Source: Octopus vulgaris
Taxonomy: Eukaryota
Direction of reading: 5' to 3'
Length of the DNA stretch: 64,000 bases
Assembly: GCA_951406725.2 (NCBI GenBank)
Contig: OX597831.1
Span: forward strand, 82,708,001-82,772,000
Shown: piece after piece, positions 37,971-51,834 of the stretch
Layout: every line of letters begins with the position of its first letter
How positions within the stretch are numbered: the first letter of the stretch is position 1
The notes under the pieces: generated by a model
Databases searched by the model: none
The model's input: the letters and a program-made list of their open reading frames with translations, nothing else
What the model was told of the DNA's origin: nothing
Made by a program: the position numbers and the translations under genes

Positions 37971-38014
37971 GTGAGTTGGCACAGTAGACATAAATGCTTC
38001 ACAGCATTTCACCC

Positions 38015-38250
38015 AGAGAAAGACAGAAAGACAGAGAGAGACAGAAAGACAGAGAGAGAGAGACAGACAGACAGGCAGAGACAGAAAGACAGAGAGAGAC
38101 AGACAGACAGACAGAAAGACAGAGAGAGACAGAGAGAGAGAGACAGACAGACAGAGACAGAAAGACAGAGAGAGACAGACAGAAAGACAGAGAGAGACAG
38201 ACAGACAGACGGAGACAGAAAGACAGAGAGAGACAGACAGACAGACAGAG
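38015..38250. repeat. Compound (GACA)/(GA) microsatellite
   Basis: Direct reading of the sequence. Confidence 0.9.
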
Positions 38251-38764
38251 CTAATAATGAGGGATTATCAATCTGGACAAAATGCTTCCTAAGTTCTCTG
38301 TTGGCTATTCAGATCAGTGAAGAACTCCAGGTAATCTTGTGGCAGGGTCCAATGTTATGCTTCATCACAATTCTGTATTGTAAATCCGTGCATGAGCTCC
38401 AGACAAACTGGTTTTTACACAGAGTCATATATATATAAGAAACAAGTTTAAAATAATGCTTATTACATACTTAACATCTTTCAATCCATCAGTATTCATC
38501 AGTGTGTGTGTGTGTGTGTGTTCAAATTAGTGAGGTGGTTTTTACTTGATAAAAGCAATAACGTCTATTTCACAGCAGAATTTTACAAGTTTGGAACCAG
38601 GTCCTATTAATAAAGTGTCAAAGGCTGTTTAAAAACTGAAATGAGGGTGAATTTCTTCACATTCTTTCTAAATTTCTGATTCAGAATATGCTCAAATTTC
38701 TATCCTTATCCTTATATTTAAGTAATATATGTTTCTATATGCAAAGAAAAATATGCCTATATAT

Positions 38765-39009
38765 CACCTTGATCACCTTGACCGACCAGTCCACCAGGCG
38801 TCCATTTGACACCGCTGGTCACAGCATGCTGTCCACTCCTCTCTGGATCACGCCTTTCTCAGCACGATGGACCATATATTCACTCTAACACAACTGCTTG
38901 AGCGAGCAAATGAGTACAATTTACCTCTTTGCATTGCGTTTATAGATTATGAGAAGGCCTTCGATAGCGTTGAAACCAACGCAGTGCTGAACTCGCTGCA
39001 GATGCAAGG
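38765..39009 (-). mobile_element. RTE LINE insertion with an inverted 5' segment and a 12-bp TSD
   Basis: 38765-38860 is an RTE 3' terminus on the minus strand (..SREEWTACCDQRCQMD..GGTCAAGGTGATCAAGGTG). 38859-39009 is an RT piece on the plus strand (STMDHIFTLTQLLERANEY..FIDYEKAFDSV). TSD ATGCCTATATAT at 38753-38764 and 39010-39021. Confidence 0.85.
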
Positions 39010-39740
39010 ATGCCTATATATGGTAGCTGGTAAATCAATTCCTGTCAACTAATTGTGGCTAATAATATAACAGTAAATCCATTGTGATGCCAAACACATC
39101 ATCATTGATCAGTTCATTCTCAAGTCTTTCATCTACAGAATGTATATTCCTTGCTAAACGTCATTTCACTGCTTTTAATACAGAATAAATATATCAATTC
39201 AAAGACAAAAAATTATAAATAACAGATTTATTACACGCAAAAAAAACAGATCAAATTTACTTTAAATATAGAAAATAATGCAGTAAAAATTATTTTAACT
39301 CCAAGAAACATTGTAAGCGACAAATTAGGAGAAATATCTCTTAAATAATCTAGGAATTCGTGAGTTTGCTATTTATTGACAAAATTTTGAATTCTGAAAG
39401 CAATATTCTGGTCAATCAAAACTTCATTTCTTAATTGTCCACCCACCATTTTTCAAGATTTCTAAGAATTCCAAATCACTGAAAAGAATTTTTTCATTTT
39501 TGTGGTTTTTATGAAATACAGCATATTTACTTTCCAAATAGAAATATTAATGTTATACCATAATATAATTCTTCTAAATGTGTGTGCGCGTGTGTGTGTG
39601 TGTACATGCATGTGCACACGCACATACATACACACATATACATCCAGTATCAAAGAGCCCAAGCAATACTTTTCTATTCAGCCATGTCTGATGATTGTTA
39701 ATCTCTCCATTCAATTTGTAGAAGAGTTTTGGCATGAAAC

Positions 39741-39786
<46 letters not shown>

Positions 39787-40234
39787 TCATGGCATATCCA
39801 TGCCATTGACAAATCATGGCTTGTTCCTCCTCCTTTTATTTCTCTCTCTCGTAACATCACACGGGTCTCTCTCACTTTGCACGTTCATTCTCTTCTTCAT
39901 CCAGTGTCGAATATCTTCATCCTCTGCCTTCCTCTCTCGCTCTCCTTCCCACCACCTCAGTCTTCACCTTGTAATGCTCCATTCTGCCATCCTCTCTGAG
40001 AAAATGACCAACAAATCTCCACTGTCTCTCTCTAGTAATATCCATCAAACTCTCTCTTCACTTACATCCTCTTCAACACTTCCACACTTGTCACCCTTTC
40101 AGCAACCATTCAGTAATATTAACTGGTTGCTATGGGACTTCATAGTATAAATAATTGATAATCATATATACTTTATATATATATATATACATACATGCAC
40201 ATAATGTGAAAATATATATATATATATATATATA

Positions 40235-40425
40235 TAATATGTTACAGTTAGTTGGTTGTTATAATAAAACTCAGAGTTTCGGATACCGGGGCTGAAAACT
40301 GTTCCAGCACCTCATCAGTTTTTGTACGATAACCAAGTAATTGTCACATATTATATCTAAAGATAAATTCCTCTATTTACATAATATTGAGGTCTCATTC
40401 ATTCTTTTGTTGTCACATCATTATT
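40235..40425 (-). mobile_element. Penelope-like remnant with a partial hammerhead core
   Basis: Minus strand CTGATGAG-GTGCTGGAACAGTTTTCAGCCCCGGTATC-CGAAAC; no valid NUH triplet; flanked by TA repeats. Confidence 0.45.
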
Positions 40426-41451
40426 AATATATATATATGACACTATCAAAATAATTACTTATACAAGACCAGTGTAGTTTCTTTCACTTTAAAATTCAAC
40501 AAATTCTAAAGAGACGCAAATAAGTGATCTTGTAAAAGCCATTAATTAAATGAAGTAAACATTTCTACTTTCCTTTATGTATTGAGTACTTTACCTTCAA
40601 TCATTATGGTCCCCTTTGTTTAGTTTTAAACAAGTACCAGTGAAATAAAGGGATTGATTTGACACCCCTGCCTGTCTCTTCACAGAAACTGTTGGACCTG
40701 AGCCTAGTTTAGACACAAAAGAACAGCAGTGATGAAGGAAACCCAAACAATAACGAGAGAGAACAGAGTTAATGATTAAATTTGTTTCTCTCCAAGTTTT
40801 TCTCTTATCAGCTGAATATCCATTAACAGCATCGTTCTCGTGTGTGCCTCTGCTATCAATAAAACATGTACTAGTAAGATATTGATCTCCATTGAAACAA
40901 TCACTCTTACCAAAAAAATGATGAGCTAAGTAAGAGACTTTAAAAAATAACCCCATTGTCGTTGTTACAATAAAAACATATCTGTACGGTGACGTGGCTT
41001 TACGGATGAATGAATACACAGCGAGATTACTAATCTGAGAATTTATCAATTTAATTTCTAAACCAACAGTGTGTGGTACCTTAAGGAAAATAATGAACAC
41101 ATTGTTTGAGTTAGGCAATTTAGCTGCATAGATGTATGTTCCATTGGCATTTTACAGTTGAGTGGACAGAGCTAGAAAGTTCACCCAACTATGAAGCAGT
41201 TCATGGTTAAGTGGAGAGAAAAGTCATTAGCAACAGTACAACATGTATTGTTGTTCTGTTGCTATTTTTGTGTCCATTTGCAAAGAATGGCAAGTTGATG
41301 CAACGTGTTCCAGTTACCAGAAACATGTCAATATGTTATCTTTAACACTAACAACAATAGCTTAGCTCGGCAGTTTCTCAAACATGATACAGATGTATAC
41401 GTGTGTGTGTGTGTGTGTGTGTATACATACAAATTTATATACATACAAATT

Positions 41452-41490
<39 letters not shown>

Positions 41491-41692
41491 TAGAGGGAAA
41501 CCACTATGTGGACACCCTTATGCTAGAAATAGATCCGCTATGGTCTTACCACTAAGAAATGTTCTCAAGAAAAATTTAGCAAAACAACCAAAACGTAATC
41601 GAGCAAGACGAAAGAAAAAGAAATTAAAAATATGGATTATTCACATACATGTTTTACTATTAACATATTACGTAATTTTACTTACATATATG

Positions 41693-41724
<32 letters not shown>

Positions 41725-42860
41725 TGCATATGTTTGTAGAAATATATGTGTATGTATGTTGCACGTTTGTCATTAGCTAACTCTTCTCTACATTTTTGAA
41801 ACTTTCTCAAACAAGGTGTGTGTGTGTGTGCATGTGTGTGTAGATGCACATATATATGTATGCGCATGTACATACATATACACTCAGTCCTTGTTGGAGG
41901 TTGCTGAAGTGAACAAATTTCTTGAGCTTCTATATTTCTGCGGTTGATACGTTTCCTTACCTGTCTACGATGTTGTCCCTCCCTCCCTCCCCACCCTGAC
42001 AAGCAGTTTACAAACTGCATCCATGCAGCCAACATCAGTCTTTTGCTCCTCCACCCTGTCCTCCATCCCTACATTAGTTTATTTTTCTGTAAATGTTCCA
42101 CATCATCTTCACCAAACCAAAATTGTTACCCCTAATCTCTCTTTCTTTACATTCTGTCTCCCTGAGGCCTCCAAGTACTTGTTCCTCTTCCCACCGAATC
42201 ATTGCACAACCTAAACCTGGCCAAGCCAAGGTTCCCCACTCGACCACCAAACATACTCAAGTTCAAATGGAAACAAACCTTATTCACCTTTCCAGCTACA
42301 CCTTGTGACGATACAGCAAGACCAAAGACAACTGGAACAATTGTCAAGACTGGAGGAGGTGGGCATGACATTGGAAGGGCTTTGTTGCCTCCATAACTGG
42401 AGAATAGTACAGTCCCCTCTTTTTCAGACTAAGCAATGTAAACAAAATCAATTTGAAATACTCTAAAACAACCAATGGCCTTGAGAAACTATTTTAGAAT
42501 GTTCTGGATATTGATATGATGCTTGTACCACCTGCAGTGAACATTAAGACCTGTTAATCTCAAGTGTAAATCTCAAAAGGTTTCATGTTCACTGCAAAAG
42601 AATTAAAGAATAAAAAAAGAACAGAAAAAAAATGTTCTTTTCTTTGAGATTGCTCACATTTTGTTACTGGAAAAATATCAAAATTAAATTGCATAACTGT
42701 TGCCAGGTGCACTAAATATGTAAAACCAAAAAAAGCAGTTATTCATCAATAAAAGATATACCGTTATCAAATTCCAACTGTAAATAATATTATCATCTTT
42801 TTCAGGAGGAAGTCATGCATCAGACTTATTTCTGGGGAATTCAGAAGAGAGAAAGAAAAG

Positions 42861-43006
42861 ACAGGGCAAAGAGGAGATAGAAAAGGGAAACACAGGGCAA
42901 AGAGGAGATAGGAGGGGAAACACAGGGCAAAGAGGAGATAGAAAAGGGAAACACAGGGCAAAGAGGAGATAGGAGGGGAAACACAGGGCAAAGTGGAGAT
43001 AAAAGG
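42861..43006. repeat. Purine-rich 30/31-bp minisatellite with a 61-bp higher-order period
   Basis: Alternating ACAGGGCAAAGAGGAGATAGAAAAGGGAAAC and ACAGGGCAAAGAGGAGATAGGAGGGGAAAC units, about 4.7 units. Confidence 0.9.
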
Positions 43007-43734
43007 TGAAAAGGAGGCATTATTCAAAACACAGAATGCTGTTAATGTGGGGTTAAAAGGAACCCTTCTTGTTCTTGTTCTTCCTCGTCTTCTTATTCCT
43101 CCTTCTCTTTCTCCTCATCCCTATTTATTGAATTCCTCTTCACTTTCTATCACACTAAAACTTTTAAAAATCATTCTAAGACAATACAATAACACCTTAC
43201 CCATACACACACACACACTTAACTATATACTATCATTACAATACTGTATTCCACTCAAATACTTGCCATTCTATTAATCTAAATTGTCTTCAATTAAATC
43301 TGGTTTTCATTGCAACATTAATAAACTACCAACACAATGTTTCCTTCCTTCCTGACTTGTATTTTTGACCGATTCCAATTAGTTCTGCTCAAACACAAAC
43401 AAGACACATAAAATTTTAGTTCCAAAATATGGAATGAATGGCCAAAGTGTTGTGAGAGAATTTCATTTTCTTAGCTTGAGAAGAATTATGCCCAAATATT
43501 GTTTACTGTTGAGTAAACACAAGGTCTATAGGTGAGACTAAACAACATGCACTCAACCCCACTATATTACTGGTAATTTTTTAGTATTAATGGTGTAAAT
43601 TTGGAAAGAATACCTGAAGTTAGAAACTGTTGACAAGATTTGAACAAAAAGGAATAAAAGACCATACTAGAATCTACTTGGTGCTGGGCTCTGTCCTGGG
43701 AACCATGTCCAGTGCTGCTACAACAGCAGTCCTT

Positions 43735-44080
43735 CATCATCATCATCATCATTTAACGTCCGTTTTCCATGCTAGCATGGGTTGGACGGTTCGACTGGAG
43801 TCTGGTAAGCCATGGAGGCTGCACAAAGCTCCAGTCTGGTTTGGCAGTGTTTCTACAGCTGGATGCCCTTCCTAATGCCAACCATTCCAAGAGTGTAGTG
43901 GGTGCTTTTTACGTGCCACCAGCACAGGGGCCAGAGTAGGCTGGCAAACGGCCACGATCGGTTGGTGCTTTTATATGTCACCGACACAGATGCCAGTCAG
44001 GCGGCGCTGGCATCTGCCACATTCGGACGGTGCTTTTTACATGTCACCAGCACAGGTGTCTTAACTACAAATTCCATTTT
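43735..44080 (-). mobile_element. RTE 3' UTR/tail fragment
   Basis: Reverse complement closely matches 740-1078, including three TAAAAAGCACC units. Confidence 0.85.
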
Positions 44081-45814
44081 CAAGAGAGCCCTTGTCTTAT
44101 TGATTTGGGTGTGGCCCAAGTTGAGCTACAGGTACAATTCTGAAAGGGTTGCAGTGAGAAAATCTTCCATTTTAAATCATTTGATAAAAATATACAATTA
44201 ATTTTGGAAAGAATGAAAAAAATAAATAAATAACTGCAGTGGAAGAGTAAATGAAGTTTGGGAAATGAGAAAATAATATTGAGAGGAACTAATAATGGTG
44301 ACGGAGTTAACACTGAGACGAAGTTGTTAGTGTAAACGGCTGGTTTGTTGTTGCAAGAGTGTAACAGGAACAATGAAATGTTGATGCTGTGGTTTCACAC
44401 AGAAATAATTAACTGCACAAGCAGCAGCAGCAGCGGCAGCAGCAGCAGTAACTAAGAGTCACAAAGATCAATAGATTGTCAAAGAAACAAAACAAACCAG
44501 CAACATTATACTACACATTGGGTGTGTGTGTGTGTACTGATGCATGCATGTGTGTGCATGCGTACATACACACAAGTAGTAGTAGTAATAGTAGTAGTAG
44601 TAGTGGTGGTGATGGTGGTGTGGTGGTGGTGGTGGTGGTGGTGGTAGTAGTGGCGGTAGTAGTAGTAGCGGTGGTAGTAGTGGCGGTGGTGGTGTGTTTG
44701 TTTATTCCTTTCCATGCAGACCTGATGCTACTTCACAGTTGGTGGTATTATGGATTATTTCCTCTGCTTCTCCTGCTTGCATGCATCCATGTCTCTAATG
44801 TATGTGTGTGTGTGTGTGTTGATATATGTCTGTGTGTGTGTGTGTGTGTAAACAGGTTGACACCATCACCACCACCACTGCCAGTGTGTCTCAATTCCAA
44901 TGCTGTTACTATTAACTCTTGAAGCAGATCAGGAATAAGTGAAACACCCTCAAGACTTCAAGAAATATTTTTGGTAATTTGGTAACAGAAATGAGATAGT
45001 CTTGATACACCAATCCAGTACACAGGGATGGGCATCAAAGTTTCTGTATAATAACAACACTTCTATTCCTCTCCTTATCACCTTCACAAACCAATTAGTG
45101 TGTGTGTGTGTGTGCATGCGTGTGTGTGTGTGTGCATGTATGCTAAAGTGATTTATGACTCTTGGCCAACTGTTTCTTTATGTGAAACTTGTCAAATGCA
45201 TAGTGGTTGGGCCAAGTTAGGAAATTTACATTTTCCCTTTATTTCTTGAATTCTTTCTCTCTTCTTCATTACATTCCTACATTCATGCTTTCCTTTATTC
45301 CTCCAGCCTCTCACTCTACAGCCCTCTCTCCCACCTATTTATCAATTTCTTATATTACACTACACCCCAACACCAGACAATGATGTTGTCTATTTTCAAA
45401 TTATTTCTGTTTATTTTGTAACATCAGAAACTGAGAAGACACAATGTAGAAAAGTTACCCCTCACATCTGTTGAAGATGTTTTCACACACTTAAAATATA
45501 AATTTCCTAACTTGTTATTGATATAAGTTCCATAGAATGAAATATCTGGCCTTTTGTCATGAATCACATCAACAGTCAATGTAATCCTGAGGCAGAAAAG
45601 ATCTGACATTGTTAAATAATAGAAAAAAAAACTTTGGTAGATAACCGATGGAGCACCACAAAGTGGTGAAGTGAAGATTTTGAGGAAGGTTCTTAAAATA
45701 TATGAGAGAATGAGAGTTTTACTCATCTGTTATGGGTTGCTCTCTCTCAACAAAAATAACTGCTCTCTTGAAATGACAACTGTGACTACTACTATTATCA
45801 TTTTTTTAATTATT

Positions 45815-45851
<37 letters not shown>

Positions 45852-45852
45852 A

Positions 45853-45995
45853 TGAGACAGTGAGCTGGCAGAATCGTTAACACATCAGGCGAAATGCTTT
45901 GCAGTATTTCATCAGTCTTCAAATTCTGAGTTCAAACTCCACTGAGGTCAGCTTTGCCTTTTGTCCTTTCAAGATCAATAAATTAATAACCAGTT
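45853..45995 (+). mobile_element. SINE family C, 5' part
   Basis: GAGCTGGCAGAATCGTTAAC...GAGTTCAAACTCC...CTTTGCCTTT. Confidence 0.75.
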
Positions 45996-46021
45996 ATTAT
46001 TGTTATTATTATTATAATCAA

Positions 46022-46168
46022 ATGCATGGCTGTAAGTTTGCTTCCTAAGCACTAGGTTCTCAGTTCAGTTCCACTGTTTGGCGCCTTGGGCAAGTGCTTT
46101 CTTCAATAGTTTTGGGCCAACCAAAGCCTTGTGAGTAGATTTGATAGATGGAAGCTGAAAGAAGTTTG

Positions 46169-46206
<38 letters not shown>

Positions 46207-46430
46207 ACGCATGTGTGTGTCTTTGTGTGTCCCCTATCGCTGCCTAACACCAGTTGGAGTGTATATGTCTCTGCCATTCAGCAGTTCAGTGAAAGGGGCC
46301 AATAGAAGATGTACAAGACTTTAAAGAAACAAAAGAAAGTAATGGGGTCGATTAGTGCAACTAAAGATGCTTTAGTGTGGTGCCCCAGCATGGCCACAGT
46401 CTAATGATTAAAACAATGAAAAAGATAGAA
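46022..46430 (+). mobile_element. SINE family A, diverged full-length copy
   Basis: Collinear with 3697-4111; tail GGTGCCCCAGCATGGCCACAG. Confidence 0.75.
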
Positions 46431-46444
46431 GATTACTATCATAT

Positions 46445-47782
46445 ATCCGGAAAGAGAGGAAGTTGTCCCTGAAAGGTTGGACAGAAGTTGCAAATGCCTA
46501 CATCACCACCACCACCACCACCACTGATTGCCTGACCATCATGCCTTACCCCAGTGACACCTTGATCAGGTTGGAGTGTCTCGTATTTATTTTCTTGCGG
46601 AAGGGATGCATTCCAATGGTCAAGCAGTCTGTCTGCTGTCAGCACCTTTTGGTTGGTGACTTAGGAATGCCATGGCTTCTGATGCACAGACAGGCACTCA
46701 GGCTGCACCACTGGCAACTATTTCTTTACAGAGAATGTGTGTAGGCTCCGTTTGTGGGGCACACCTTTCTGCAACTTGTCAGTTTGACCGAGCTGCTGTC
46801 TTAGTTGAAGGACGACAAACTGAGAGTGCCCGGTGCCTAGAATGCCATCAGATGCTCACAGTCCTCTACAAGTCGAGCAATAGGATTAATGGATGTTCCA
46901 GTGGATTAGTGGTAGGGAAGTGCAACAAAGTCCTCAGGAAAACCCTGGCCATCAGTGAAAATGAACTGGCCAGTATGTTTTGGAGGACTTTCCAGTCGGG
47001 GACTACTATGGATAATTTCCAGATGTCTTTGGCTTGGTAGTGATACCCCGGTAACACCAGTTTGGGCACCACCAGTTTGAGATAAACTCTACAGGCAATG
47101 TAACCATTCTGCATGTGCACCCGTTCAGTGTCCAGCCATTGATGACTTGTGGAGTTAAGTAAACAACTGCAGTCGCATGTGAAATGGACCCATCTGTTGG
47201 TTGAGTTCATAGTGATAATTGCCCTACTGCCCTCCTTTAATCAGACAGGTAAGACAATTTACCTTAGCCTAGTGGCTGTGGTGAAAGGGATTGTCTGGTG
47301 GACAAGGCTGAAATGATTGAGAACAGACACACTCCTCTTTGGTAGAGCCCTCATCGACTTTTTCAAGTTCCTCTTGAAAAAGAACATGGATGGAGAGAGA
47401 GAGGTGTTGTCCTTGAGTAATGTATTGAAAGGAGGGTAAATGTTGTATAAATGGTAAGAGTGGATGGTACTGCTCTAAGTGTAGACCTGCAAGTCAGAGA
47501 AAAGGAATTGGACAGGACACTTGCCCTTGGTTTCCAGGGAGATCTGGGATGGTGGGATTCCTCAATTATCCCTAGAGGGCCTCCTGTATCAGAAGCACCA
47601 CTTCACTATCATCCTTTCTTTCTTTCTTTTCTTTTACTGTTGTATGTAAACTTCCCTTTCTTTGTTCCATTGCATTACTTTCCTTTTCTTTTTATCATTT
47701 CATCATTTGTAAACCCCAACACTTTTTGTTTCTCTTTACGTTACCCCTTTCATTCCTTTGCTCTGACGGCAAATAAAAGAAT
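46445..47782 (+). mobile_element. Degenerate L1/Tx1-clade LINE 3' portion
   Basis: RKLSLKG..VANAYI...LIRLECLVFIFLRKG...GDLGMP; 47200-47480 is homologous to the 15560-15830 ORF region (IVWWTRLK, LIDFFKF.LKK); T-rich UTR, AATAAA and (TTA)n tail. Confidence 0.75.
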
Positions 47783-48173
47783 TTATTATTATTATTATCA
47801 TTATTATTATTATTTTTATTATTGTTGTTGTTGTTGTTATTATTATTAGTTGTTGTCATCGTTCCAGTAGAATTTACCTGAATTGCTTAATGTCCAAGAC
47901 TCAGCTGTACAAGTTTCTGTTGTATATTTCTTTCTTCCTCACTCTTGTGAAGTGACTACCATGTAGAGAAGTAGGATGTCTTTACATATTGATTCCAGTT
48001 ACCAAACACGAGTTCTGTTGCTAATTATGAAGCTTTTTGGTTGTTATGACAGATTCTGTCTTTTTTCAATTCTCTTCAAATTGATTTCAAATTTGGTAAA
48101 ACTGATTTAGTTTTGTATGTTAATTATGAAAAAGAAATTCATTTTTGCTATAAATTAACAATTAAAAAGTTAA

Positions 48174-48700
48174 GTGCAGCATATAAGCTATTGGGAAAGA
48201 CTCAAGAGATTGAGACTCTATTCCTTAGACTGTAGGCGAGAAAGATATGCCATAATATACATCTGGAAGATCCTAGAAGGACTTGTCCCAAACTTTGGCA
48301 TCGAGAGTTACACAAATGCCAGAACTGGACGCCACTGCATAATGCCAAGGACTCCAAATTTGCCATCAAGATGTAGGACAAGATACTGTGATAGCCTGGG
48401 CTTCCGAGGCCCACAGCTCTTCAATATCCTCCCGAAGAACCTAAGAGACCTGCATGGGGTGGATGCAGATGTCTTTAAAATGATTCTGGATCTCTTCTTG
48501 TCAGGTGTCTCAGATGAACCAACTTCACGGCAGGAGGTGCAGATGAGAGCAGCTGCATCGAACTCTCTCATGCACCAGGTGGCATTTGCTAAAAAGCATT
48601 CGTGAAGTAAAATCATGTAGCAACACCAAATGGCGGTGCCCCAGCATGGCCACAGCTTGTGAGCTGAAACTAAATAAAATTTTTAAAAATAAATAAAATA
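48174..48700 (+). mobile_element. CR1-group LINE 3' end
   Basis: SYWERLKRLRLYSL..RRERYAIIYIWKILEGLVPN...FRGPQLFNILP..LR...FK..LD.FL; 3' UTR GGCGGTGCCCCAGCATGGCCACAG..CTGAAAC then A-rich tail. Confidence 0.85.
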
Positions 48701-49550
48701 GTTTTAAAAGTTTGCAAACTTTTGGTAAATTTTACCAATTGGAAAGCCACCATATGACTGTAAGTCTCACATTGGTGTCTTCCCATAGCAACAAGCAAAA
48801 CTATCTGCCCCATTTCCATTGTAACAAGGGCATCATATGCTGCGTAACTATGATACTTTGATCACCACAACCACAACCATCATAACCACAACCGCTACAA
48901 CCACCACCACAAGTTCTGATGAACAATATCATTTTATGCTTGTGTTATTTCGATCATCATGTGAACAGACAGCAATAATGCAGAAAATGCTGGTTTCCAA
49001 TTCTTGTCTTCTGAGTCATCTAAAACTAATCCAACTTTGAGCCATTGAAGCAGTTTTCAAAATGTTTCTAAGAATAAACGAAGCCCAAATTTGGATTCAG
49101 TGTAAAAATTACATCAATTTACCAAATTTGAAAATTTTCACTTAAATTTCAAGTTTCCAAATAGAAGACAACAACTGAAAAGATCCCTAATTACTGTACG
49201 TTAGTTATGTTGCTAATGAAAAACTATTAATTTTTACCACCAAAAAGTATCGTTAAAGTAAGTGAAGCTTTATCCATTGACTCATAAAAACCAACCATAA
49301 AATACGGATGCAATGAAGTAGCAATCCTTAGTTCCAATTTGCTGTTTCTCTGATTGATTTTAATTAGGCAGCATCACTACTCCGTTTTGGATCACCACAA
49401 ATATGATGATGTTACATTCATGCCTTTCTTAATGAATGATATTAGACTTTTGAATTTCAACCAGATCAAAGTGATGTACTCAGCTCTTAATTAATTAATT
49501 CACCAATGATACAAACGAAAACTAACAAACTCCATCAGTCTGATGAAGTA

Positions 49551-49765
49551 TCCTTTTCTACTCTTGGCACAAGGTCTGAAATTTGGGGGGAGGGGGCTGT
49601 TGATTAGATCAACCCCCAGTACACAACTGGTATTTAATTTATTTACACCGAAAGGATGAAAGGTAAAGTCAACCAAAGTGGATTTTGAACTCAGAACGTA
49701 AAGACAGATGAAATACTGCTAAGCATTTTGCCCTGTGTGTTAATGATTCTGCCATCTTGCCACTT
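49551..49765 (-). mobile_element. SINE family C, near full length
   Basis: Collinear with 29985-30203. Confidence 0.8.
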
Positions 49766-51834
49766 TGGTGAAGTATATATTGACTTGATCATTGTTTTAT
49801 AGAATTAAGTATATTGAAAAGAGGCAGGCCCTGTTTGATTGACAAGTGACTTGGTCTCAGATCCAGTGTCAAGATTGAAATAATTATATCTTTGACAAAA
49901 CAGAGATGACAACCATTTAAAGTACAAGCATACCATTCTAATGTTGCTGTTGTTGTTGTTATGTCTTTCTGATACTTTTCTTTATTAGAAAGAGTGAAAC
50001 CTGATTCAGTGTACATCTATAATGTTATGCTGGAATAGAATGGCATACGCTGAGGAACAATGAATATAGAGGACAGAAAGATAATAACAAAGACTGAATG
50101 TGTTTGTGTATGTGGGGGGGGGGGGTATACACAAACACACTCACACACACACATGCACATACATATACAAACATGTATTTTGCATATCAACACACAGTTT
50201 ATGTGTTTATGATGTTTATTTATGATGTTAATTCCTGTAATAGTGAAACAGATAGAAACAGTGCCAAAAATTCTTTGAATCAGAAAGAATCAAGTGGATG
50301 ACTATATTGTTATATTTGCAGAACAATCAGGATTGTCTAGTGAGGAATTTTGCTACTTATATAAGTGGAAATAGCAAAAAGGAAGACAAAAAGAGACATT
50401 TTACACCAATATTGTTTGCAGGAAACATATCAAAAGTTAATGGAGGAAAGAAAAAAATACAGAAATAAAAGCAATGAAAACTTTCACAAACTCTACACAA
50501 AAAAAAAAAAAACGATTTATAATTTCAGCTTATTTATGATGTCTTCCATCGGATTGTTGGTAACTACCAAATTTGCTGTTTCTTTCACAGACCCTCAAAA
50601 TTTCTCAAATTCAAACTAATTTCTAAAATAAATGTCAAAGATCTCAAATCTGTTGTCTACAGACAAATATCCAGCAGAATAAACCTGAGATGGTCATCAC
50701 AAGAAGCATAAACTGAAGATCGAATGTGATTGATCACTTCTGTAGTAGAGACATATCTCAGATCTGACCCCACCCCCCAATCACAGACCTGCTAACCCAG
50801 TAAAGAACAACCCACAATAATTGCTGTTTTGAGGTATCACACCCATCACTTCCCCAGCAACATTGTCAGAAGCATGGGAACTGATACAAAAAGTGTTTGG
50901 TGTTTTATCCAAAGAATAGACCAAGGCACCAACAATAACCAGGGTGTAAGTGGGGGGGGGATGAAGGGAGTGATGCTCATAAGAAGTCTTTAATTAGCAT
51001 TTCATTAAGGACCACTGACTTTAAACCCTCTTCTGAGCTCCCTCACCTCTTCCTCTTTCTCTCTCTTATTATTATTCCTGTCTCATTGCTCTGATTTCAA
51101 ATGCATTCCCAGGGACATTGTTTGCATGAAGAATCTATAGTTAAGTATGGTCTAATGTAATATCATCAAAACAAAAAGAAAAAAGAACAAAAAACTTTTA
51201 ATTACTTTAAAATGAGTTTTCTTTTGTTTCATTATTTTCCTTCTTGACCCCTACCCCACCTCATTTAAAGTTCAAAGCCTGCTAAAGGGTACTTAATCCA
51301 TCCACTGGTTTAACACCATAGCCTGGTCATTGGGTTCCTTTAACAGAGTTCCCACCACTGAAAACATTCAGGCCATTCTCCAGTTTGAGGACATGTCCCA
51401 CCCACTAGTTTTAGACTCCCTATAGAAGGTCATTGAGGCTGACACCTCATTAAACCCTCCTGTAAAACGGCAAAAGAGATGTAGAGGTCGTCTTGGCATT
51501 TAAAAACTGTACAACCTGAGAAATGCTTATCCAGAATATTATATGTTTCAGTTGTCTCACACAGACAGGGTCTCAGTAATTAGTGTTAATTAACACTGCA
51601 CAATTAATTGCTGTAAACATTCAAGAAATACTTTGTTATTGGAGTTAAAGACATGTGGCTTTTATGAAAAAACATTTGAATATGTGGGTTTTAGATTTAA
51701 CCCACATATCATGGAGGTCAAATTGACTAATGACTGGTATGTTATTTATGAATAATGACTAATCTATCAAACTCAGGTGGGATATCTTATTGATATCAAG
51801 AATCGACAATTCATCCACCAGAAAACCAACAGAA

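Noticed and set aside
42296-42358. 63-nt plus-strand exon candidate (TTCCAG|...GAG|GTGGGC); similar weak candidates at ~7859-7892, ~38313-38330 and minus ~26195-26364
   Set aside because: Weak or ordinary splice signals expected by chance in 64 kb, no recognisable peptide and no consistent gene model.
42861-43006. CRISPR-like array of ~30-bp repeats
   Set aside because: No unique spacers, no cas genes and a eukaryotic context; it is a minisatellite.
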